Source of the DNA: the human T2T-CHM13v2.0 reference genome, Homo sapiens
Assembly (NCBI GenBank): GCA_009914755.4
Contig: CP086569.2
Coordinates: 2,848,001 to 2,912,000 of the forward strand
Length of the DNA stretch: 64,000 nucleotides
Direction: 5' to 3'
Positions within the stretch are counted from its first letter, which is position 1. Every line of letters begins with the position of its first letter. Below, one piece after another: positions 1-13,345 of this stretch. The translations under genes and the position numbers were made by a program. The notes below the pieces were generated by a model. The model did no database searches and was not told the origin of the DNA. It saw only the letters and a list, made by a program, of their open reading frames with translations.

Positions 1-270
1 TTTTTAAAGTCTGAATAGTATTCCATTTTTTATATATGACACATTATTCTTTATTTATCATCCCTTGATGGACATTTAGGTTGATTCCATAACCTGGCTA
101 CTGTTAGTAATGCTGCAATGAACATGGGAGTGCAAATATCACTTTGAAAACTTCATTTTATTTCTTTGGGACTGATATGCAGAAGTAGAGTTGGTGCATT
201 ATGTGGTAGCTCTAGTTTTAACATTTTTAAGAAACTCCATACTGTTTTTCATAATGGTTTTAAGCTTTTC
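1..270 (-). mobile_element. Old L1 (L1M-like) 3' ORF2 fragment, antisense
   Basis: Antisense L1 motif 'tattccat...ttgatggacatttaggttgattccat...gtaatgctgcaatgaacatgggagtgcaaatatc'; diverged from young L1. Confidence 0.5.
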
Positions 271-852
271 TCCATTTGAAATTGACCCAATTTCCCCATG
301 AAATTAATGTTTACTTTTTTTTATAAACATAGAAATTGACCATCTGTGGAGGAAGAGTTAAATATTAACTTTGAACTCAATTGAACTTGAACACAAAGAA
401 TGGTTACGTGCCAGTAAACAGCCCCTGGGCATCTGCCCAGGAGCTAGTAACCTATACTGATTGTTTTCGTAAGATACATTTTCTGCCTTAAGGCAAACAA
501 CAGAATCTAGAGAATAGGCTAACCTTCCTGTGTTCCCTGAGCCCAGTCATGAAGGGCCCTCATTCCTGGGCCTCAGGCCAAGAAAGGAATACTACAAAAG
601 GGCTAGGGTCCCAGACCACACAGAAGCTCCATGAGACCTCTCCTCATCTGTGCATGGTCGAGTGACCAACTCTGGATCCCAGGCTATTGCTTCCCGATCT
701 GGTGATGAATCCTCCATAGTCTAGTGAGTGTAACTATATATACATTTCCTTCTCCCCTTCCCATTGCAATTTGCTTATTATATAATTTGCTTATTATACC
801 ATTTTCTTATTATATCTGCATTGCCATTTACGTAGGATAAAGCATAGGATAA

Positions 853-1251
<399 letters not shown>

Positions 1252-1819
1252 TAGTCTTAAAGCTTGAAACTTACATTTGTCTTATGAGTTCCTTTCACAG
1301 AAAACTGATCCTGAGGCCTCACAAGTAGTGTCAAGATACTGAAACTCCTTAATTTCTGTTTTCCTAACTGACCACCTGCTTCCTGTTGACCAACTCCTCT
1401 TCCTTACCCCTCCCTAATTTTTGTTTTCCTTCACATAGCTACATTTCTTCCTCACTATTTAAACCCCCAATTTTAGTTGGTTAGGGAATGGATTTGAGGC
1501 TTATCTCCCATCTCCTCTGCTGCAGCACCTGAATAAAGCCTTCTTCCCTGGCAATGCTAACCTCAGTGACTGGCTTTCTGTGTGGTGAGCAATGGGACCT
1601 AGATCAACCACCTGGCATTTCAGTAAACCATTGAGTATAATGATAGCTGTGAGCTTGTCGTATACAGCCTTTGTTATATTGAAATACATTTCTTCTATAC
1701 ATAAATTGCAAAGCATATTTATTATGACAGGATGTGGAATTGTGTCAAATGCTTTTACTGCATCTATTAAGATGGCCACGTTTTATATCCTGCATACTTT
1801 TAATGTACTGTGTGACATT

Positions 1820-2129
1820 TATTATTATTATTACTACTATTATTTAGAGACAGGATCTCACTCAGTCACCCAGGCTGGTGTGCAGTGATGCAATCATAGC
1901 TCACTGTAGGCTCAAACTCCTGGGCTCAAGTGATTCTCCTATCTTGGCCCCTCAAGTAGCAAGGACTTAAAAGTTCATGCCACTACACTCAGTTACTTTT
2001 CTTTATTTCTTGTAGAAATGAGGTCTCACTTTGTTTCCCAGGCTGGTCTCAAACTACTGGCCTCAAACAATTCTCCCATTTTGGCCTCCCACAGTGTTGG
2101 GATTATTGATTTGAGCCATTGGACCTGGC
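1820..2129 (-). mobile_element. Alu SINE (older, AluJ-like), antisense
   Basis: A/T-rich tail then 'gagacaggatctcactcagtcacccaggctggtgtgcagtgatgcaatcatagctcactgtag...' ending '...gattattgatttgagccattggacctggc'. Confidence 0.8.
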
Positions 2130-3393
2130 TTCACATTTATTAGTATGAATTATATTTCAGACAATTCATAGATCTCCATTAATTTGAGGTCAGTTACTGG
2201 AAATTTATTTTCTTTTGGTGGTATCCTGTTTCCCTGATTCTTTGTTATTGATGTAGCATGTAGTGGGTGTGGATCCTGTTTAGTATGTGGATATCTAATT
2301 GTCCCAGCACTACTGATTGAACAGATTATGGTTTCCTCAATAAACTAGCTAGAAAAAAAGTAAAAAAAAATCAGTATAACAAAAACAGAAGAATTTATTT
2401 ATAGATTTTTAACTGGTTGAATTGAGCTATATGTCTATTTTTATGCCAGTACTATAGTGTCTTGACTTACTGCTGGTTTGTAGTAGGTTTCGAAATCAGA
2501 AAGTGTGAGTCCTCACAATTGGTTTTCCTTTTCCAATTGTTATGGCTATTCTGGGCCAATTACATCTTCATATAAAATGTATACTTATGTCAATTTCAGA
2601 AAAATCTGTAGAGATTTTTATAGGAATTGCACTGATTTTTGAGATTTATTTTAAAACTACTGCCAGCCTAGCAATATTTTGTGTTTCACTCCATAAACAA
2701 GAAAGATCTTTTCAGTTATTTAGATCTTAACTACTTTTAATAATATTTTGTTCTTTTCAATGTACAAGTCCTGCATGTGTTTTGTTAAATTAATTTCTAA
2801 TTGTTCTATTTTTTTGATGCTGTTTTAATGAAATTTTTTTTTCATTTTGAATTATTTACAGAAAAACAATTTTTGTATATTATTCATGAGTGTTGCAACT
2901 TTGTAGAACACTTATTTATTAGTTCTAACAGTTTTTAAATTTTATTTCTAAGAATTTTCTCTGTATAAAATCATTTTATCTGCATACAGATATAGGTTTA
3001 TCTGTTCATTTCCAATCTGGATACTTAAAAAAAATTTTTCCTTGCCTCATTGTCATAGCTATAACCTGCTCAATAGTGTTGAACCATGAGAAAAAACATT
3101 TTAATCTTGTTCCTGATATTAGGAAAAATCTCTAATTCTTTTAAAATTCATTATTATGCTAGTTACGAGTGTATTACAGATGTTCTCTATCAGGTTGAGG
3201 AAGTTCAGTTCTATTAAGAATTAGAAGGTTTTTAATCATGAGTGGGTGAATAACTTTGTCATAATTTTTCTTCTTCATATGTTCAAGTATTTATTTGTTC
3301 TTTATTATATTAAATGCTATAATACACAAAAGTGAAGTAAATCTCACTTCGTGATGTGCAAACTATTTGCATTTTTCAATTATTCTGGAATTT

Positions 3394-3721
3394 TTTTTTT
3401 AGCTTTCATTTTAGGTTCAGAGGTGCATGTGTAGATATATTATATAGGTAAATTGTTTGGGGAGTTTGGTATACACATTATTTTCTTACCTAGGTAAGAA
3501 GCACAGTACCTGCTATGTGTTTTTTTCAATCCTCAGCCTCCTCTCATTCCTCCATTCTCAAGTAGCCCTGGTGTCTGTTGTTCCCTTCTTTATGTTCACA
3601 TGTACTGAGGGTTTAGCTTCCACTTATGAGTGAAGATATACAGTATTTGGTTTTCTATTCCTGTGTCAGTATGCTTAGGATAATTTTCTCCAGCTCCATC
3701 CCTGTTGTTGCAATGGACACG
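3394..3721 (-). mobile_element. 3' end (3'UTR plus ORF2 C-terminus) of an older L1, split from its body by the nested insertion at 3735-4900
   Basis: poly-T 3394-3403 then antisense L1 3' terminus 'agctttcattttaggttcagaggtgcatgtg'. Minus-strand ORF 3655-3855 ends '...MELEKIILSILTQE', which is an L1 ORF2 C-terminus. Confidence 0.75.
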
Positions 3722-3734
3722 ATCTCATTCTTTT
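3722..3734. repeat. Target-site duplication, copy 1 ('atctcattctttt')
   Basis: Identical 13-mer recurs at 4901-4913 immediately flanking the nested L1. Confidence 0.75.
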
Positions 3735-4900
3735 CATTATTATTATTATAATTTTTATTATACTTTAACTTCTGGGGTACATGTGCAGAACATGCAGTTT
3801 TGTTACATACGTATACACGTGCCATGGTGGTTTGCCACACCCACCAACCCATCACCTACATTAGGTATTTCTCCTAATGCTATCCCTTCCCTAGCCCCTC
3901 ACCCGCCGACAGGCCCAAGTGTGTGATGTTCCCCTCCCCCTCTCTGTGTCCATGTGTTCTCATTGTTCAACTCCTACTTATGTGTGAGAACATGTGGTGT
4001 TTGCTTTTCTGTTCTTGTGTTAGTTTACTGAGAATGATGGTTTCCAGCTTCATCCATGTCCCTGTAAAGGACATGAACTCATCCTTTTTTATGGCTGCAT
4101 AGCATTCCATGGTGTATATGTGCCACATTTTCTTTATCCAGTCCATCACTGATGGAGATTTGGGTTGATTCCAAGTCTTTGCTATTGTGAATAGTGCTGC
4201 AATAAACATACGTGTGCATGTGTGTTTATAGCAGAATGATTTATAATCCTTTGGGTATATACCCAGTAATGGGAATGCTGGGTCAAATGGTATTTCTGGT
4301 TCTAGATCCTTGAGGAATCACCATACTGTCTTCCACAATGGTTGAACTAATTTACACTCCCACCAACAGTGTAAAAGCATTCCTATTTCTCCACAACCTC
4401 TCCAGCATCTGTTGTTTCCTGACTTTGTAATGATCACCATTCTAACTGACATGAGATGGTATCTCATTGTGGTTTTGATTTGCATTTCTCTAATGACCAG
4501 TGATGATGAGCTTTTTTTTCATATGTTTGTTGGCTGCATAAATGTCTTCTTTTGAAAAGTCACTGTTCACATCCTTCATCCACTTTTTGACAGGGTTCTT
4601 TTCTTCTTGTAAATTTATTTAAGTTCTTTGTAGATTCTGGATATTAGCCCTTTGTCAGATGGATCGATTGCAAAAATTTTCTCCCATTCTGTGCATTGCC
4701 TGTTCACTCTGATGATAGTTTCTTTTGCTGTGCAGAAGCCCTTTAGTTTAATCAGATCCCATTTGTCAATTTTGGCTTTTGTTGCCATTGCTTTTTGTGT
4801 TTTAGACTTGAAGTCTTTGCCCATGCCTATGTCCTGAATGGTATAGCCTAAGTTTTCTTCTAGGATATTTATGGTTTTAGGTCTTATGTTTAAGTCTGTA
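3735..4900 (-). mobile_element. 5'-truncated intermediate-age L1 (L1PA/L1PB-like) 3' fragment nested inside the older L1
   Basis: A-rich tail (as T/TAA repeats) then antisense 'ttattatactttaacttctggggtacatgtgcagaacatgcagttttgttacatacgtatacacgtgccatggtgg...'. Minus ORF 3967-4209 'MFIAALFTIAKTWNQPKSPSVMDWIKKMWHIYTMECYAAIKKDEFMSF...' is about 85% identical to the L1HS ORF2 C-terminus. Minus ORF 4615-4950 carries '...[16 protein letters not shown]...[12 protein letters not shown]'. Confidence 0.85.
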
Positions 4901-4913
4901 ATCTCATTCTTTT
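4901..4913. repeat. Target-site duplication, copy 2 ('atctcattctttt')
   Basis: See 3722-3734. Confidence 0.75.
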
Positions 4914-7900
4914 TATGGCTGAATAGTATTCCATTATGTATATTTTCCACATTTTTAATAAATCCAGTTTACCATTGATGAACATTTAGTTTAATTCCAT
5001 GTCTTGTTATTGTCAATAATGCCACGATGTATATATGCATGCATGTGTCTTTACAGTAGAATGATTTCTATTCCATTGGGTATATAATCACTGGGTCAAA
5101 TGGTAGTTCTGTTTCAAGTTTTTCAAGAAATTGACAACTGTTTTCTGCAGTGACTGAACTGCTTTACATTCCCACCGGCTATATATAAGTGTTCCCTTTT
5201 CTCTACAACTTCACCACCATCTGTTATTTTTTTGACTTTTTAATAATGCCCATACTGACTTGTGTGAGATGGTATCTCATTGTGGTTGTGACTTGCATTT
5301 CTCTAACAAATAGTGATGTTGAGCATTTTTTATGTGCTTGTTGGCTGCATGTAAGTTTTCTTTGAAAAGTGTCTGTTATTGTTCTTTGCTCATTTTTAAT
5401 GGGGTTATTTCTTTTTTGTTTGTTAATTTGTTAGTTTCTTATAGATTCCGGCTACTAGACCATCAGCAGACACATAGTTTGCAAATATTTTCTCCCATTT
5501 GGTAGGTTGTCTGTTTACTGTGTTGATAGTTTATTTTGTAATATAGAGGCTCTTAATTAGGTCCCACTTGTCAATTTATGTTTCTGATGCAATTGCTTTT
5601 GCCATCTTTATTATGAATCTTTGCCAGGTCCTATGAACAAGATATTGCCTAACTTATATTCCAATGATTTTATAGTTTTAGGTTTTACATTTAAGTCTTT
5701 GATTCATCTGGAGTTGATTTTTGTATATGACACAAGGAATGAGTCCAGTTTCAATCTTCTGCTTATGGCTAGCCAGTTATTACATCACCACTTATTAAAT
5801 AGGGAGTGTTTTCCCTGTTGCTTTTTTTTTGCCAAATTTGTTGAAGATCAGATGGTTGTAGATATTCTGCTTTATTTCTAGGTTCTCTATTCTGTTCAAT
5901 TAGTCTGTGTGTCTATTTTTCGACAAGTACCATGCTGTTCTGGTTACTGTAGCCTTGTATTATAGTTTGAAGCTGGGTAATGTGATTTCTCCAACTTTCT
6001 TCATTTTTCTTAGGATTACTTTGGCTATTCTGGCTCTTTTTGGTTCCATACACATTTTACAAAAGGTTTTCTAATTCTGTAATGAATATCATTGGCAGTT
6101 TGATAAGGAATAGCATTGAATCCATAAATTGCTTTGGGCAGTATGATTATTTCAACAATATTGAGTCTTCCTGTCCATGAGCATGAAATGTTTTCCATTT
6201 GTTTGTGTCATCTCTGACTTTGAGCAGTGTTTTATGATTCTTATTGTAGATTTTCACTTCCCTAGTTAGCTGTATTCCTTGGTATTTTATTGTTTTTTTT
6301 TTTTCTGGCTATTGCTTATGACATTATGTTCTTGATTAGCCTCTCACTTTAGTAGTTGTTGGTGTACAGAAATGCTACTAATTTCTGCACATTGATTTTG
6401 TATCCAGGTAATTTTCTAAGGTTGTTTTTCAGACTTAGGAGCTCTTGGAAAGAGACTATGGAATTTTCTAGGTAAAGAATCATATTAGGTGCAAAAAGAT
6501 AGTTTGACTTCCTCTCTTGCTATAGGGATATCTTTTATTACTTTTTCTTGCCTGGCATAAAATATCCAGTCCAGTCTTATGTTGAGTAGAAGTGGTGAGA
6601 GTGGGCATCTTTGTCTTGTTCCAGTTCTCAAGGGGAATGTTCCCAGCATTTGCCCATTCAGTATGATGATGACTATGTGTTTGCCATAGAAAGCTTTTTT
6701 GTTGTATGTTTCCTCAATACCTTGCTTGTTGAGGATTTTAAGATGAACAGATGTTAAATTTTATCAAAACCCTTTTCTGCATCTATTGAGATAATTGTGT
6801 TGGTTTTGTTTTTAGTTCCTTTTATGTAATGAATTAAATTTATTGATTTTCCTATGTTGAAACAATCTTTCACCCTAGGGATAAAGCCTACTTGATAATG
6901 ATGGATTAGCTCTTCGATGTGCTACTAAATTTGGTTTGCTCGTACTTTGTTGAGGATTTTTCCATCTCTGTTTATCAAATATATTAGTCTAAAGCTTTCT
7001 TTTTGTGTATTTATCAGGTTTTGATATTAGAGTGATGCTGGCCTCCTAGAATGTGTTAGGTAGGAGTCCCTCCTCCTCAATATTTTAGATTAGTGTCAGT
7101 AGGAATGGTACCAGCCTTTCTTTATACTTGTAGAAATTAAGCTGTGAATCCATCTGGTCCTCAGCTTCTTTTGGTTGGTAGGCTTTCTATTATTCATTCA
7201 ATTTTGGAACTTATAATTGGTCTGTTCAGAGATTCAATACTTTTGTAGTTTAGTATAGAGATGTGCTATGTTTCTAGGAATTTATTTTTTTTAAAGTGTT
7301 TTAGCTTGGTGCGTAGAGGTGTTCAAAGCAATCTCTGAGGAATTTTGTATTTTTGGGGGCTGTGGTAACATCCCGTTTGTCATTTCTGATTTTATTTATT
7401 TATATCATATACTTTTTATTAGTGTATTCAGTGGTCTATCAATCTATTATTTTGAAATAATCAACACCTAGATTTGTTGATCTTTTGTATGGTTTCTTGT
7501 GTCTGAATTTCCTTCAGTTCGGTTCTTAACTTTGGTTATGTCTTGTCTTCTGCTACCTTTGGAGTTGGTTTGCTCTGCTTTTTCTAGTTCTTCTAGTTGT
7601 GATGTTAAATTGTTAATTTGAGATTTTTCTAACTTTTTGATATGTGCATTTAGCAATGTAAAATTCCCTCTTAACATTATCTATGTATCAGAGATTCTGA
7701 TATGTTGTACCTTTGTTCTCATTAGTTTCAAAGAATTTCTTGATTCCTGCCTTAATTTCAATATTTACCAAAAAGTTATCAAAAAGTAAATCAGGAGCAT
7801 GTTGTTTAATTTCCATGTAATTGTACAGTTTTGAGCTTTCTTAGTATTGATTTGAATTTTCTTAGTATTGATTTGTATTTTTACTGTGCTGTGGTCTGAG

Positions 7901-8564
7901 TGTGGTTGGTATAATTTTGTTTTATAATTTGTTGAGAATTTTTTATGACTGATTTTGTGCTCCATTTTAGAGTATGTGCTATGTGCAGATGAGAAGAGTG
8001 TATGTTCTGTTGTTTTGGGGTGGAGAGTTCTGTAGATGTCTATTTGGTCAAGTGTTGAGTTCGGGTCTCAAATATCTTTGTTATTTTTCTGCCTCAATGA
8101 TCTGTCTAATACTGTCTCTGGATTACTAAAGTTTCCACTATTATTGTGTGGTAATCTAAGTCTCCTTATAAGTTGTAAAGTACTAAGTATGTAAAGCTCT
8201 GTGCTCCTGTTTTGGGTGCATATATTCTTAAGATAGTAATATCTTCTTGTTGAATTAAATACTTTACAATTATGTAATGCCTTTGTTTGTCATTTTTGAT
8301 ATTTGTTGGTTTAAAGTCTGTTTTGTCTGAAATTAGAATAGCAATCCTAGCTTTTTTCTGTTTTCTGTTTACTTGCCAGGCTTTTCTGCATCCATTCTCT
8401 TTGAACCTATGGGTGTAACTGCATATGAGAGAGATCTTTTGAAGACAGGATACCATTGGGTCTTCCTTTTTTATGCAACTTGCCACTCTGTGCCTTTTAT
8501 TTGGGGCATTTAGCTCATTTACATTCAAGGTTAATCTTGATATGTACAGATTTAATTCTGTCAT
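4914..8564 (-). pseudogene. L1 ORF2 (endonuclease plus reverse transcriptase) remnant with multiple frameshifts and stops
   Basis: Start Met context 'caagATGacagaattaaatctgtacatatcaagattaaccttgaatgtaaatgag' read on the minus strand. Frame is broken repeatedly downstream. Confidence 0.7.
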
Positions 8565-10090
8565 CTTGTTCCTAGCTGGCTAATATGCAGAGTTGATCGT
8601 GTACTTGCTTTATATGTCAATGATTCATGTACTTACATGTCTTTTTCTGGTAGCTGGTAATGGTCTTTCCATATTTAGCACTCCCTTAAGGACTTCTTGT
8701 AAAGCAGAACTGTTTGTAATGAATTTCATTAGCATTTGTTTTTCTGAAAATGATCTTATTTCTCCTTCGTGTATTAGGCTTATTTTGGCAGGAATAAAAT
8801 TTGTGATTGAAATTTATTTCCTTTATGAATAATGTATATAGGCCACCAATGTCTTCTGGCTTGCAGTGTTTCTGCTGAAAGGTCCACTATCAGCCTGATG
8901 GGATACCATCTATAGGTGACCTGCTCCTGCCCTCTTGCTGCCTTTATCATTTTTTCTTTTTTTCAAACTTGAAGAATCTGATAACAATGTGTGTTAGGGA
9001 TAGTTGTCTTGTATAGTATCTTCCAGGGGGTCTCTGCACTTCTTGAATTTTAATATTGGCTTCTCTAGCAAAACTGGGGAAATTTTTATTGATGATATTT
9101 TCAAATAACTTTTCCAAGTTACTTGTTTTTGCTTCTTGTTTCAGGGATGTAAATGAGCATAAATTTGGTCTCTTTACATAATCCTGTTTTTCTCAGAAAT
9201 TTTTTCAGTCTTCTTTACTCTTTTCTCTTTACTTTTATCTGAGTGTTTTCAAAGACCTGGTCTTCATGCTCTGAGATTTGTCCCTCACCTTGGTTGATTC
9301 TACTGTTCATACTAGAGATTGTATTATGAAATATTTGAAATGAGTTTTTCAGCTCTGTTAGATGAGTTTAGTTTTCTTCTTAAAATGATCATTTTGTCTT
9401 TGAGCTCATTGTTTTGTCGTATCCTTAGATTCCTTGGATTGGGTTTCAGATTTTCCCAAATCTCAATGATCTTCATTCCTATCCATTTTCTGAATTATAT
9501 TTCTGTCATTTCAGCCATTTCAGCCTGGTTAGGAAACACTGCTGAGGAACTAGTGGGTTTGTTTGGAGAAAATAGGACACTGTGTCTTTTGGGGTTACCA
9601 GAGTTCTTGTGCTGGTTATTTCTTTTCATTGTTTTGATGTTCCTTCAGTCTTTGAAGTTGTCTTCCTTTGGATGGGGTTTTTACTTTTATCTTCTTTGAT
9701 GCCTTTGGGGGTTTGATTGTGGTATAAAGTAGGTTCAATCAACTAGCTTCATTTCTGGAAGATTTTAAGGGGATAAGTCTCAACTCTTAGACTGTGTCCC
9801 CTAACTCTGAGGGGGGGCTGATATATGGCCGCTTGCTTTGTTCTGTGGCCCCTTGAGTTTAAAAACCTCATGTGCTGCAGGGTCCAATATGTTCCCAGTC
9901 CACTAGCTACAACACTTTCATTGGCAGTGCTGGCTAAAGCATTTTGTTGGCATAGTGGCAGTGGGATCCATGCTTGCTTGTGTGTGCCAGCAGCTGCAGC
10001 AGTGTGGCGGGGTGCACACGCATGGGCTGGCATGGCATACTGGCAGGAGTGGGGCTGTAGCATTCCTGCTTGTGCCTATGCCAATGGCCT
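4914..10090 (-). mobile_element. Older near-full-length L1 (mammalian-age L1M or old L1P), antisense: ORF2, ORF1 and 5' region, all decayed
   Basis: Contiguous antisense L1 body. Minus ORF 8166-8564 'MTELNLYISRLTLNVNELNAPNKRHRVASCIKKEDPMVSC...DKTDFKPTNIKNDKQRHYIIVKYLIQQEDITILRIYAPKTGA' is the ORF2 endonuclease N-terminus, about 60% identical to L1HS. Minus ORF 7468-7677 carries '...[41 protein letters not shown]'. The region 8590-9600 is antisense to the ORF1 C-terminus. Confidence 0.85.
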
Positions 10091-10095
10091 CTAAT

Positions 10096-11090
10096 CTTTT
10101 TTATAAGTTGTCGGATTTGGTTTGCTTATATTTTCTTGAAGATTATTGCACATATATTGCTAAGAAATATTGGTATGTAGTTGTTTTTCTTTTCTTGAGA
10201 TGACGTATTTTTTTTTAATCAGGCCATATATAATGGGTTAAATATTTTTTCTCTTTTATTTTATTGTAAATATTTCTTTAAGATTGGTGTTGATTACTTA
10301 AGCTTTTGGTAAAATTAAACAATAAGGGCACTTAGTCCTCAACTCTTATTTACGGGAACTTTTAAAATTACCGTTATAAAAGCTTTATTGTTACCGGTTG
10401 GAATATATTTTCTGTTTCTTCTTAAGGGGGTTTTAGAAGTTTTGTATTTGTGGTCATCTATTTCATCTAAGGTATCTAAATTGCTTTCATACAGTTGTTC
10501 ATGTTATTTCTTATAATCATCTTTGTTTCTGTAATGTCTGTAAAAATATCCCTCTTTTATTCTAAATTTAACTCATTTGAGTCATCTGTATTTTTATTTT
10601 TAGTAAGTCTAGCCATAGTTGCCAATTTGTTAATGTTTTCAAATAAGCAAATTTTGGTTGTACTGTTTTGTGTCTATTATTTTCCTAGTCTTTATTGTAT
10701 TTATTTCTCTTCTCATGTTTATTATTCACTACTTTTTGCTTGCTTTTAATAAATTCTATTATCTAAAAATAAAAAAATAGGTGAAATAACCAATGGAAAG
10801 TCAAATTGGAAAAGTTATAATTTTTATATCACAAACAATATGTAATATTCCTGATATAGAAAGAGCTTATACAAATTAAGAAAACAACAACATTTAAAAA
10901 GTCAAGACATATAAATTGTGCAAAGAGAGAATTATAAATGCATACAGGATACACAGAAATAAACACTAATATTCCTTAATCACATGAAAAAATAATATTT
11001 TTCAAAAGAAGAAAACTAAGGCATTACTTCTATTTTATTTACAACAACTCAATGTTTTGATGACATAAAACAATAATATGATTAATAAAT
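10096..11090 (-). mobile_element. L1 ORF2 internal fragment (antisense)
   Basis: Antisense L1 ORF2-like stretches, for example 'ccatagttgccaatttgttaatgttttcaaataagcaaattttggttgtactg' and 'gtctattattttcctagtctttattgtatttatttctc'. Confidence 0.55.
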
Positions 11091-11096
11091 TAGCAA

Positions 11097-11358
11097 GGCT
11101 TGGTATGATGACTCATGTGTGTAATCCCAACACTTTGAGGGGCAGAGGCAGGAGAATCACTTAAGCCCAGTAGTTCGAGAGTAGCCTGGGCAACATAGAG
11201 AGACCCTGTCTCTACAAAATACATACTTATATATATTTTTAACAACCAGGAAATGTGGTGCACATCTGGGGTCCCAGCTACTCTGGAAGCTGAGGTAGGA
11301 GGATCACTTGAGCCTGGAAGGTCTAGACTGAAGTGAGCCATGTTCACCCCAGTGCACT
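11097..11358 (+). mobile_element. Alu SINE (AluJ-like), 3'-truncated
   Basis: 'ggcttggtatgatgactcatgtgtgtaatcccaacactttgaggggcagaggcaggagaatcacttaagcccag...gggtcccagctactctggaagctgaggtaggaggatcacttgagcctgg'. Confidence 0.85.
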
Positions 11359-11419
11359 AAGTATCACTAAAAGAGTGATTTCAGTATCACTAAAAGAGTA
11401 AATGTTTAACATTCTCATC

Positions 11420-12700
11420 ACAAAAAAATATTAAATATCTGTGGTTATATATATGCTAAGTAGTTTAATTTTTCACATTGTATTAAAAATTGTAATACCA
11501 CTTTGTACTTTGTAAATGTATACAACTGTAATTTGTCAACATATAATATATTTTTTAAATAGACAAGAAAAATTTTTTAAAACTGGTATTGGGACTACAG
11601 ATTCTCTAAATGGGAAAATAACTGAGCCTTTAATTGTAGCATAAAAACAAACAGAAACCAAAAGAAATAACAAATCAGTGATTAGCAAAAAGATCACAGA
11701 CCTAAATGTGAAAGGCAAAACTTAAAAATATTTTAAGAACATTTTGGTAAGTATTTTGTTGAATTAGTTTAAGTCAAAATTTCCTGACATGAAGAAAGTA
11801 CAAGCATAAAGGAAAAGACTGATAATTGTACTGATAAATTTGAGTATTAAAAAAGTTTGTATAATGACACTATTTCCACAATTTAACAATAAACTAATGA
11901 CAGTTAGGGAATGTAGTTTCAGTGCATATAAACATGAAGTGATTAGTTTCTGGAACATATAAACAACTTCTACAAATCAACGTATTTTAAAAAATGAAAA
12001 ATAAGTGAAGGATATAGGCAGTCAATTCACACAAGTCACTTACATGACTGAAAAATATGGATGAATTCTCAATCTCATTTATAATCAGGAAAACTCAAAA
12101 TCACACTGTTACCATGTCTTGTTTATTATGAACATAGCAAAACAAAGTTTGACAGTACAAAGTGTTAGCAGCAATGTAGAGTCTTGTGTATTCTCAGACA
12201 CATAGGGTACAGATATATAGAGGTATAACTATTTTAGGGAGAAATGTGGCAAAATTTCATAAAGTTGAATTTGATTATACCCACTGGGCCTCCTGTCAAG
12301 TCTGTCTACACTTAACCTCCAGCAATATGTCAATTAAAGTTAAAGTGTTCTAACCAATACTAAATCCAATTGTGGGCTTCTGCTCCTAAACTTTTGTCCA
12401 GTAAGCTGTCTGTCTCTCCAGTGTTCAGGGCAGCCGTTTGTCCTATGACCTCAGTTCTCTGATGACAGAGCAAAAATTTGTTGATTTTGAATTTTTTTTT
12501 TATTGTGAAGAAACTTATTACAGTATTTGTTCAATTCTTCCCTCACATTCTTGGTGATATTTTTGTAATATATTTTAGTTTTGTATATGCTAATAACACA
12601 AAAATACTTCTATTTTTGTGTTATCTTTTAGAGCAATTAAAATTAAAATAACCCATTTAATTTTACTTTTATTTAATCCATTTACTGTGTTCTTTATTAA
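11420..12700 (+). mobile_element. Old L1 (L1M-like) ORF2 3' portion, sense
   Basis: 'gatcacagacctaaatgtgaaaggcaaaacttaaaaatattttaagaacattttgg' resembles L1M 'aaatggatcaaagacctaaatgtaagagctaaaactataaaactcttagaagaaaacatagg'. Downstream '...gaaatgtggcaaaatttcataaag' resembles the 'GCGEIGTL' region of ORF2. Confidence 0.45.
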
Positions 12701-12790
12701 TTTTTATAGAATCAAGTCTCTGACCCTTTATCATATCTGTTCTTTCTGATTTTTTACCGTTTCTAGTAGGCTAGAACTGGTAGTATAACT

Positions 12791-13345
12791 GGAAAGGGGT
12801 CCCAATCCAGACCTCAAGAGAGGTCTCTTGGATTTCACAGAAGAAAGAATTTGAGGCGAGTCCATAAAGCAAAGTGAAAACAAGTTTATTAAGAAAGTAA
12901 AGGAATAAAAGAATGACTAATCAAGAAATAACCATAAAAATGGTTGCCCATTTTTAGTATTCATTAGTTTTCCAGGAAAGCGGTGGGCAATTCCCAGAGC
13001 TGAGGTTCCTCCCCTTTTTAGACCATATAGGGTAACTTCCTCACATTGCCATGGCATTTATAAATTGTTATGGCACTGATGAGAGTGTAGCAGTGAGGAC
13101 AACCAGAGGTCATTCTCATTACCATCTTGGTTTTGCTGGGTTTTAGCCAGCTTCTTTACTGAAACCAGTTTTATCAGCAAGGTTTTTATGACCTGTATCT
13201 TGTGCCAACCTCCTATCTCATTCTGTGACTTAGAAGGCCTAACCATCTGGGAATACAGCCCAGTATGCCTCAGCCTTATTTTATCCAGCCCCTATTTAAG
13301 ATGGAGTTGCTCTGGTTCCAACACCTCTGACATTTTCCCCATCTC
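12791..13345 (+). mobile_element. LTR12-like (ERV9 family) LTR fragment, 5' U3 portion only
   Basis: 'ggaaaggggtcccaatccagacctcaagagagg...gcaaagtgaaaacaagtttattaagaaagtaaaggaataaaagaatg...cctcccctttttagaccatatagggtaacttcctcacattgccatggcatttataaattgttatggcactgatgagagtgtagcagtgaggacaaccagaggtcat...cagcaaggtttttatgacctgtatcttgtgccaacctcctatctcat'. Confidence 0.55.

Noticed and set aside
8166-8564. 132-aa ORF with clear endonuclease-like sequence
   Set aside because: This is the N-terminus of an L1 ORF2 (TE-encoded), followed by frameshifts. It is not a host gene and not intact.
9749-10203. Cluster of overlapping GC-rich ORFs (82-104 aa) on both strands
   Set aside because: Located in the 5'-terminal region of the old antisense L1. 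The composition-driven open frames lack any coding periodicity.
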